DNA of 64,000 nt from Patescibacteria group bacterium (GTDB lineage Bacteria > Patescibacteriota > Patescibacteriia > Buchananbacterales > SURF-54): NCBI GenBank assembly GCA_018818885.1, contig JAHIRB010000007.1, positions 121,089 to 185,088 of the forward strand, in the 5' to 3' direction. A program made the position numbers and the translations under genes. A model generated the notes under the pieces. The model saw nothing but the letters and a program-made list of their open reading frames with translations, did no database searches and was not told where the DNA came from. How positions within the stretch are numbered: position 1 is the first letter of the stretch; each line of letters opens with the position of its first letter. Positions 57,957 to 64,000 of the stretch are shown here, one piece after another.

Positions 57957-58268
57957 TAACTTTTCCACTAATTTCATAATCTCTGTAGCATGCTTTTCAA
58001 TAATTTCTGGATCCCTAAAGTTCTTGGAAAATTCTTGTAACTTTCCAATAGCTTTCATGATGTCTTGTTTGGTTGGTTTCTCAAAGTTAGCTTCGGCGTC
58101 ATCGAATGCTTTTTTCACAAGTTGTACGCAATAGTCTTTATTTACTTTTTCGTCACCAGATATTGAAGAATCCTCGCAATGCGCCTGATAAAAGCATTCC
58201 AGCATGGCATCGCGCACCATTAATGGTGTTACTTTTTTTTCGGAGTCTACTCCGTAAATTATTGCCAT
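57954..58268 (-). CDS. Hypothetical helical protein
   Basis: 104-aa ORF with VRDAMLECFYQAH and PTKQDI. Confidence 0.7.
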   Translation of the reverse strand: MAIIYGVDSEKKVTPLMVRDAMLECFYQAHCEDSSISGDEKVNKDYCVQLVKKAFDDAEANFEKPTKQDIMKAIGKLQEFSKNFRDPEIIEKHATEIMKLVEKL

Positions 58269-58286
58269 ATGTTTTTAGTTAATTAT

Positions 58287-58484
58287 TTATTTCGCTACCA
58301 TCAAAACTAATCCACCCAAAACAAGTATAACTCCGGCAATCTTAAACATCACTATCAAATTTTTTTCAGTATAAAGTTTCTGATAAAGGGCTGCTGCTCC
58401 TTTGGCCATATTTTTGTTATTAAAAACAAATAACAAACCAATAGCCATTAATATTAAACCAGCAAACATTTTTTGAGAGTCCAT
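58287..58484 (-). CDS. Small two-TM protein
   Basis: Two hydrophobic helices; tightly packed with neighbours. Confidence 0.65.
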   Translation of the reverse strand: MDSQKMFAGLILMAIGLLFVFNNKNMAKGAAALYQKLYTEKNLIVMFKIAGVILVLGGLVLMVAK

Positions 58485-58496
58485 AGTTTATTTATA

Positions 58497-58700
58497 TTAT
58501 TCTTTAGGTACTACAAAAATTAGATAAAGACTAATCAGCATTAATCCAATACCAAAGTACAAAACGTAATTTGATATTTCAACTAAGCTGGTCAGGTAGG
58601 AAAAAAATTTCAAAAGAATGACAATTAAACCAATTATCAATAGCATTACACCTACTTGCTTAAAGTTTACGGGCACAAAACCCGACATGTGTTTTTTCAT
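58497..58700 (-). CDS. Small two-TM protein
   Basis: Two hydrophobic helices; ATG abuts the MITE-like element. Confidence 0.65.
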   Translation of the reverse strand: MKKHMSGFVPVNFKQVGVMLLIIGLIVILLKFFSYLTSLVEISNYVLYFGIGLMLISLYLIFVVPKE

Positions 58701-58701
58701 A

Positions 58702-58790
58702 CCCTGTAGTAAAAATTTGATTAGAATTCATTAGATTATATTAAAATATAGTATTACGATATTAGACCCTATCAAATTTTCACTACAGGG
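58702..58790. mobile_element. MITE-like 89-bp element (same family as 13852-13938)
   Basis: CCCTGTAGTAAAAATTTGAT (58702-58721) / ATCAAATTTTCACTACAGGG (58771-58790); CATA at 58698-58701 and 58792-58795. Confidence 0.7.
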
Positions 58791-58798
58791 TCATATGT

Positions 58799-59164
58799 TT
58801 AAAAACTCGCCCACATTAACGCCACACCAAGTATAATTAGAAAAAATGCGCTAACAAATTGCTTTTTTTTAAATCTTTGTGCTTGTTTATGGATTTGTTC
58901 CGGGAATCCAATTTTCATAATTCCTTTAATCAAAGTTGACCATCCCATTATTGTTATAATAACTTCCCAACTAGCTACCCAAACATTATGCAAAATAACA
59001 GTAACTAAACCCATCAGCATTGAGATATAACCGGTTGATATAACAAATGCTTTGTCGTCGGTCATCTCAATTGTTTTACCCAATTGTTTAGTAATGATAA
59101 ATAGGGCTCCAAAAATGATAAAGAAACTGCCCCAGAGTCTTGCAAAAAAGATTGAAATTTCCAT
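58799..59164 (-). CDS. Four-TM membrane protein
   Basis: HNVW...IITIMGWSTLIKG...FP. Confidence 0.75.
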   Translation of the reverse strand: MEISIFFARLWGSFFIIFGALFIITKQLGKTIEMTDDKAFVISTGYISMLMGLVTVILHNVWVASWEVIITIMGWSTLIKGIMKIGFPEQIHKQAQRFKKKQFVSAFFLIILGVALMWASF

Positions 59165-59330
59165 AAATTATAAATTATTTATCTTATCCTTATTATAACA
59201 AAAAACCGCTCATTTTATAAGTGGTAGTTGTAAAATAAAAGAGAGCCCACTCATCGTGTTGCCAAAAAGGGCTCTCAATAAAGATTGGAAAGCTATCTTA
59301 AAATTAAATTTTTAGCAAAAATCTATACTG

Positions 59331-59477
59331 TTAGCTTTTGTTGGGTTGCTCAACTGCATGATTTCGATAATTGGGGCCATTTTCATCACAATCGCAATCA
59401 TTGGCGTATACTGCAGACATAGACAAGCAAAACATAATTACTGCTAAAGCTAAAAATGAAATGATTCTTTTTTTCAT
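59331..59477 (-). CDS. 48-aa secreted peptide
   Basis: Hand translation MKKRIISFLALAVIMFCLSMSAVYANDCDCDENGPNYRNHAVEQPNKS; signal peptide; hairpin GAGAGCCC/GGGCTCTC at 59241-59276 downstream. Confidence 0.55.
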   Translation of the reverse strand: MKKRIISFLALAVIMFCLSMSAVYANDCDCDENGPNYRNHAVEQPNKS

Positions 59478-59506
59478 ATTATTCATTTATTAATTAATAT
59501 TATTTA

Positions 59507-60346
59507 TTATAACCAGCCAAATAACCAGCCAAATAATCCTTTTTTGTTTATTTGTTCCTGTGCTAACTGCTGTAACCTGTTTTGTTCTTGTTCAATATTT
59601 TGAATCTGCTGTGAAATTACTTCTTCTACCTCTTGCTGACAATCACAGTTGTCTCTAAGCTGCTTTAATTCCTGAATGCGTTCTTGGTTTTGATTAGCTT
59701 CCTGTTTTATTTCTCCGGCTGCATCTTTATCACCACCAAAGAAAAATCTGGTTATACTATTTCGATTTTGAATTTTTTCTTCTGCTTTAATTGTTTTTTC
59801 AACTGAATTATTGAATTGCTGGGCAATTTCAGAAACTTTAGGCCCGATGCCTCCGATTAAATCTTCTGCCGATAACAAAGTATGAACAGCAGCTCTAACC
59901 TTATTTTGGTTTTGATAGATTTTTTGTTTGTCTTCGTTATCAAAAGACTTAAGTTCTTGATTCATTTCCTGATTTTTTTCTTGAATCATGGTTTGCAACT
60001 GCTCTGTGTTTCGAGCTCTAGTCTGTTGTTGAACCTGCATGCCAATTGTCCCTTCTGGATTTTGTACCTGCTGTTGAACCTGAACTTGATTTTGGTTTTG
60101 TTGTTGAGCTTGGACCTGTTGCTGTTCTTGTACTAATTCAACACCTGTTGGAGCTGGAGCAACTACTTGGCCTTGGTTGCCAGCTTCCTCATTATTGTCT
60201 GCATCCTGTTGCTGGCCCTGTTCATCTCCTCGGTTAGATTCGCCATTACCCTGCGTATTAGCTGCCAAGGCAATCGAAACACTAAAAACAAAAATAAGTG
60301 TAGGAATGAAAATTTTTTTCACCTGTAGTGAGTTTAACGAATGCAT
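59507..60346 (-). CDS. Secreted Gln/Asn-rich coiled-coil protein
   Basis: Signal peptide, Q-rich tract, GGIGPKVSEIA, FFFGGD, KGLFGW. Confidence 0.75.
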   Translation of the reverse strand: MHSLNSLQVKKIFIPTLIFVFSVSIALAANTQGNGESNRGDEQGQQQDADNNEEAGNQGQVVAPAPTGVELVQEQQQVQAQQQNQNQVQVQQQVQNPEGTIGMQVQQQTRARNTEQLQTMIQEKNQEMNQELKSFDNEDKQKIYQNQNKVRAAVHTLLSAEDLIGGIGPKVSEIAQQFNNSVEKTIKAEEKIQNRNSITRFFFGGDKDAAGEIKQEANQNQERIQELKQLRDNCDCQQEVEEVISQQIQNIEQEQNRLQQLAQEQINKKGLFGWLFGWL

Positions 60347-60398
60347 AAATTTTTTAATTAATATTATTACTCAATTATATTATTGAAATGATATTTCA

Positions 60399-60791
60399 TT
60401 ATTTAGCGCCCAGCCAAAATAGTACAAATCCTGCAATCATACCTACAATTAAAAAACTAAATGCTGACAAAACAGCAATTTTCTTCATTTTCTTTTCAAC
60501 CGGGGTTAACTCACGAAGCTTGTCTTTGTACTTTTGTTCCATTGCCATGCCAATAGCCAATCCAATAGGTAAACCCAATCCTGGCCCAAAGGCGATGTTA
60601 TCTAAAGCAACACCAAATGGCATGCCTAAAGCTATACCAAATGCCATGCCCATACCAATATAATGCCCTTTAGGATGTTTGCCAGTTCTTTTATATTCTT
60701 CTCTAGAAGGTTTGCTGGTAATTATGGCAATTATTCCAATAATAACAACTAAAACTGCGATTATTATTATCATCCAAAATATTGGTTGCAT
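60399..60791 (-). CDS. Membrane protein with glycine-zipper segments
   Basis: GMGMAFGIALG and GLGLPIGLAIG. Confidence 0.75.
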   Translation of the reverse strand: MQPIFWMIIIIAVLVVIIGIIAIITSKPSREEYKRTGKHPKGHYIGMGMAFGIALGMPFGVALDNIAFGPGLGLPIGLAIGMAMEQKYKDKLRELTPVEKKMKKIAVLSAFSFLIVGMIAGFVLFWLGAK

Positions 60792-60895
60792 AATTTTTTT
60801 TATTAATTCTTAGCTATTTTATTATAACATAGGATTATAAAACCAAAAAACCGCCTTATATACGAGGCGATTCTTTTGATTTCAATTATATATAA

Positions 60896-61075
60896 TTATT
60901 TTTTTGGCCATTTGTCTTTATGCTTCATTCCAATTATCATGTTCATTCCTCCAATCGCTATGAATGCGGCACCTAGTCCTGGATTTACAGAGGCCATAAA
61001 AACAACTCCTACACCAACAAAAGTGATTCCAAAATAAAATATGGCTTGATAATTAATTTCTTTTTTATTGTCCAT
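60896..61075 (-). CDS. 59-aa membrane protein
   Basis: Hand translation MDNKKEINYQAIFYFGITFVGVGVVFMASVNPGLGAAFIAIGGMNMIIGMKHKDKWPKK. Confidence 0.65.
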   Translation of the reverse strand: MDNKKEINYQAIFYFGITFVGVGVVFMASVNPGLGAAFIAIGGMNMIIGMKHKDKWPKK

Positions 61076-61148
61076 GTTTTTAGATTAATAATTATGCTAT
61101 ATTAGTATACCAAAAAACCTCCCCATCTGCGAGGCGATTTTTTTATTA

Positions 61149-61520
61149 CTATATCAAAACACTTGCTCGACGAAACAACAAAGCAGAACTTAAAAACAAA
61201 ATAGCAAAAAACGCATTTAAAATAAACACGCCAAACACACCCGCACCACCCCACGAAGTTGGCTGCCAAATAAATAGCGCTATCACAGGAACCAACAATT
61301 GAAAAAGCGCAGTTAAAAACATAGCGCGCGCCATTCCACGTGACTTAAAGCGCGCGATCACAGCGCCAATGAATCCAACAGCTATAACGCCATAATACAA
61401 TGAGTTAACGTCGTTGTTCTCAGATCCGATGACACCAACAGCACCGTTCACCCAGAAAAGAAGAAACGCCGCAACAAGTGCAACCCCAAACGCAATGCGA
61501 ATAATTTTTTTACTATGCAT
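61149..61520 (-). CDS. Membrane protein
   Basis: WVNGAVGVIGSENND...ARF...GMARAM...SALLFRRA; four TM helices. Confidence 0.78.
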   Translation of the reverse strand: MHSKKIIRIAFGVALVAAFLLFWVNGAVGVIGSENNDVNSLYYGVIAVGFIGAVIARFKSRGMARAMFLTALFQLLVPVIALFIWQPTSWGGAGVFGVFILNAFFAILFLSSALLFRRASVLI

Positions 61521-61538
61521 AATGATGAAATTATAATC

Positions 61539-62333
61539 TTATTTTTGACAAATAAAAAATACTGATGATTTATAAGAATTATATTTGGCTTCAAGCGAGC
61601 CATGTCTTATTTTAGCATCTGACTCTGCTACATCACCCAACGTTTTACTTTCCAATAATTTTAAATTTGATGCTTCAATCTGGGCTTCTACCTCCCCACT
61701 ACCTGCTATATGGATATACTGTCTTTGCTTTAATTTTTTTTCATTAACGATTCGTTTAAAAAATCTATCGCCAAAATCAAGCTCTTCAATTTTTATGCCT
61801 AAAGGTTTAAGTATGTAAAACTTAATCCACTTTATTATCCAAAATAAAAGATAATAAAAAGAAAAATATCTTCTATGCGAGGTTAAAATTAAGATACCAC
61901 CAGGTTTTAACACTCGATAAAATTCGTTTAACGCCTGTTGACGACTAGCTTTTCCTGGAATTTGCGACCAACCGTTATTGGCAAATATTATACCGTCAAA
62001 AGTGTTATCTCCAAACTCAAGTTTTGTGGCATCCCCCATTCTGTAATCAATATTCAAATTATTTTTCTTAGCCACCTGCTTAGCAGTTTCAATCATTTCT
62101 GGAGTTATATCAACACCAATTACTTTATAACCCTGGTTATACAATGGGACTGTTGTTCTGCCCGAGCCACATCCAATATCAAGAATATCAGTATTAGTTT
62201 TAAAATACTTATCTACTAAAATTTTTTCACTCCTCCAAAAACCGCTTTTAGCATTCTTTTTATATTTTTCTCTGGTTACATCCGAACCAAATTCTTTGAT
62301 ACTATCTTGTTTTATTTTTTCTGCGTGATTCAT
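61539..62333 (-). CDS. Class I SAM-dependent methyltransferase
   Basis: ILDIGCGSGR, GVDI, GDATKL, RVLKPGG. Confidence 0.9.
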   Translation of the reverse strand: MNHAEKIKQDSIKEFGSDVTREKYKKNAKSGFWRSEKILVDKYFKTNTDILDIGCGSGRTTVPLYNQGYKVIGVDITPEMIETAKQVAKKNNLNIDYRMGDATKLEFGDNTFDGIIFANNGWSQIPGKASRQQALNEFYRVLKPGGILILTSHRRYFSFYYLLFWIIKWIKFYILKPLGIKIEELDFGDRFFKRIVNEKKLKQRQYIHIAGSGEVEAQIEASNLKLLESKTLGDVAESDAKIRHGSLEAKYNSYKSSVFFICQK

Positions 62334-62337
62334 ATTT

Positions 62338-63156
62338 CTATTTCTCCTTCATTATCCATAAAAAAAGCCAAGGTGGAGCAACTGAAATATAATGCTCCCA
62401 TGTTCCTGGAACACTCTTATAATTATTTTGCGTATGTTCATCCATTTGTATTAACTTAAAGCCTCTTTGAACCAACCCATTTAGCACTGTTGAAAGTGTA
62501 TGCTTGAATTCTTGAGGACCTTTGCGCTTTACTACTTTTCCTTCTTTATTAACAAAGTTCCAACTAGGATCTGTTGTTTTGCTCTTATAACCATCCTTAT
62601 ATGGTTGCCATATCGGATAACCCTTGCCTTTCCACAATTCTTTCTTATTCCACTTACTGCCCCAACATCCATCTTTCCAAGAGCCCTGAACAAAAGGATT
62701 ATGAAACATAAGATGATATATTCCTCCCTTTTTTAGTACTCTTGAAACCTCATCAAAAACCTTATCAGTTTTAGGAACATAATTTATAGAGTATGGCTGG
62801 TATACAATATCAAACTCGTTATTCTTAAACATAGATAAATCACGCATATCTGATTTAATAATACGAATATCTTTAGAAAATTTTTCTGATGCCAACTTAT
62901 CTTGTTTGAGTTGTTCCAAACTAAAGTCTGTCACAGTAACTTTCGCACCCAGTAATGCAAATCCAATACTTTGTTGACCTCCCCCAGAAGCAAGACAAAG
63001 CACCTTTTTGTTTTTTATTTTCCCCAAAATTCCATCCTTATCTAGCATGGCTTTGGCTTTTTTGGGAGTTAAGTCAATTTTCGGACGTCCACAAGGCACA
63101 TCAGAGAGAACTAATTTGTCCCATTTTTTTTCATTGTCTTTTGTTGTTTTGTTCAT
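62338..63156 (-). CDS. Class I SAM-dependent methyltransferase
   Basis: VLCLASGGGQQ, DMRDLS, RVLKKGG. Confidence 0.9.
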   Translation of the reverse strand: MNKTTKDNEKKWDKLVLSDVPCGRPKIDLTPKKAKAMLDKDGILGKIKNKKVLCLASGGGQQSIGFALLGAKVTVTDFSLEQLKQDKLASEKFSKDIRIIKSDMRDLSMFKNNEFDIVYQPYSINYVPKTDKVFDEVSRVLKKGGIYHLMFHNPFVQGSWKDGCWGSKWNKKELWKGKGYPIWQPYKDGYKSKTTDPSWNFVNKEGKVVKRKGPQEFKHTLSTVLNGLVQRGFKLIQMDEHTQNNYKSVPGTWEHYISVAPPWLFLWIMKEK

Positions 63157-63295
63157 ATTTTAAGTATACCTTACCTTTGTGAGACAATCAAAAAACCGCC
63201 CTTCGTTCCTCAGGACCTTCGGCTACTATATTGACTATTAACAGTTAACCTTTAACATTTGACCGATATTAAAATCCTACCTCACCAACTTCCTC

Positions 63296-63323
63296 TTGAC
63301 ATATTTATTCAATAATCTATAAT
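63296..63323 (+). promoter_or_regulatory. Promoter of NYN-associated sRNA unit 1
   Basis: TTGACA 63296-63301, 16-nt spacer, TATAAT 63318-63323. Confidence 0.7.
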
Positions 63324-63329
63324 ATAGCT

Positions 63330-63382
63330 ATCACGATAAGAGGCTATACAAAGGGTTTTGTCCCGAGGTAATGCCTCTTTTT
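63330..63382 (+). ncRNA. NYN-associated small hairpin RNA, copy 1
   Basis: ATCACGAT, AAGAGGC/GCCTCTT basal stem, GGG-TTTTGT-CCC apex, ends in a T-run. Confidence 0.65.
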
Positions 63383-63391
63383 AGTTTACTC

Positions 63392-63419
63392 TTGACAAAA
63401 GAATAATAAATGCTACACT
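63392..63419 (+). promoter_or_regulatory. Promoter of NYN-associated sRNA unit 2
   Basis: TTGACA 63392-63397, 16-nt spacer, TG-C-TACACT 63414-63419; exactly 96 bp after unit 1. Confidence 0.65.
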
Positions 63420-63425
63420 ATCAAT

Positions 63426-63480
63426 ATCACCATGAGGGGAGGTTTATAAGGTTTTGTCCTTATACAATTGCCCCTCGTTT
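63426..63480 (+). ncRNA. NYN-associated small hairpin RNA, copy 2
   Basis: ATCACCAT, GAGGGG/CCCCTC basal stem, TATAAGG-TTTTGT-CCTTATA apex. Confidence 0.65.
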
Positions 63481-63518
63481 AAAAACCTCTGCAAGAATTA
63501 ATCTTGGCGGGGGTTTTT
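63481..63518. terminator. Hairpin overlapping the NYN stop codon
   Basis: AAAAACCTCTGC...GCGGGGGTTTTT with an inner AAGA/TCTT pair. Confidence 0.6.
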
Positions 63519-64000
63519 AAATTCTAATTTCTTCTGTAAATTATTCATGAAATCAAGTTTGTTTGGAGCAAATGGTTTTAAAAGTCTTGAATATTTATAT
63601 ACATTTGGTACTAATAAACCCAGTAGCTTATTTTGTTTATTTAGATAATCAATTAAACAATAAAAATCGCCATCACCAGTCACAATTACCGCCTTCTGAT
63701 AACTAGGATATTCTATCATTGTATGCAGAACTAACTCTGCATCTACATTACCCTTAACATTTCCATCGTGACGCTTCAAAACTGGTTTAAAAACAATAAT
63801 ATAATCAATATCTTGAAGTTTTAAATATAATGATTGATTCTCTGGAAGATAACCAATAAATAAAAAGGCTTTAGTGATATTATATTTATCTTTAAGATAA
63901 ACACGAAAACGACCAAAATCTAATTTCCAGCCTTGGTCAAGTATAGCTAGATTTACATTTTGGCTATCAATAAAAGCGTAATTGTTTTCTTTGTCTTTCA
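63498..64000 (-). CDS. NYN domain (LabA/DUF88, PIN-like) ribonuclease; start codon cut by the window edge
   Basis: Frame is open from the track ORF to the window end: (M)KDKENNYAFIDSQNVNL...KGNVDAELVL...VTGDGDF; all expected PIN-fold acidic motifs present. Confidence 0.9.
   Translation of the reverse strand, partial: KDKENNYAFIDSQNVNLAILDQGWKLDFGRFRVYLKDKYNITKAFLFIGYLPENQSLYLKLQDIDYIIVFKPVLKRHDGNVKGNVDAELVLHTMIEYPSYQKAVIVTGDGDFYCLIDYLNKQNKLLGLLVPNVYKYSRLLKPFAPNKLDFMNNLQKKLEFKNPRQD

Noticed and set aside
46-63182. Numerous short plus-strand ORFs antisense to long genes (e.g. 364-696, 13986-14294, 41275-41694, 54488-54820)
   Set aside because: Shadow frames of well-supported minus-strand genes.
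55431-63200. Integron cassette array (attC sites)
   Set aside because: The hairpins look like terminators with T-tracts and lack clear RYYYAAC/GTTRRRY boxes; genes appear to have their own promoters; no integrase in the window.
63290-63520. CRISPR mini-array
   Set aside because: Only two units, each with its own promoter; no identical repeats with unique spacers; no cas genes in the window.
1-64000. tRNA, rRNA, tmRNA genes and alternative genetic code
   Set aside because: No cloverleaf or rRNA signatures seen by eye. Long ORFs are intact under the standard bacterial code and several end in TGA, arguing against UGA recoding.

Overview
AT-rich bacterial DNA whose gene content (large S-layer-type protein, DUF5667/ECF sigma pair, TrmB regulator, many small orphan membrane genes, few Shine-Dalgarno sites) suggests Patescibacteria/CPR; this is inferred, not proven. 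1-28.6 kb is a surface-glycan cluster with ten GT4 enzymes, a GT2, a GT-C, a flippase, a UDP-sugar dehydrogenase, five B12-binding radical SAM genes and one SPASM/Twitch radical SAM gene, lying next to a 1234-aa S-layer-like gene. 36.0-37.4 kb holds a retron-type reverse transcriptase behind a separately promoted and terminated ~200-nt structured RNA, with no effector visible. The rest is housekeeping and accessory genes (korAB, HU, DEAD-box helicase, NUDIX, SPFH), plus a 57-aa bacterial histone missed by the ORF track. Best candidate for an undescribed system: a NYN/LabA-DUF88 ribonuclease gene at the window end faced by two tandem 96-bp units, each a sigma70 promoter driving a ~55-nt hairpin RNA with covarying stems and an invariant GG-UUUUGU-CC loop. 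A DUF3800 gene at 18.3 kb has a similar nuclease-plus-convergent-sRNA layout. Several small palindromic element families are also present: MITE-like inserts at start codons, inverted heptamer arrays around a four-helix-bundle gene, and an in-frame palindrome in korA. All structures were paired by eye and no searches were run.
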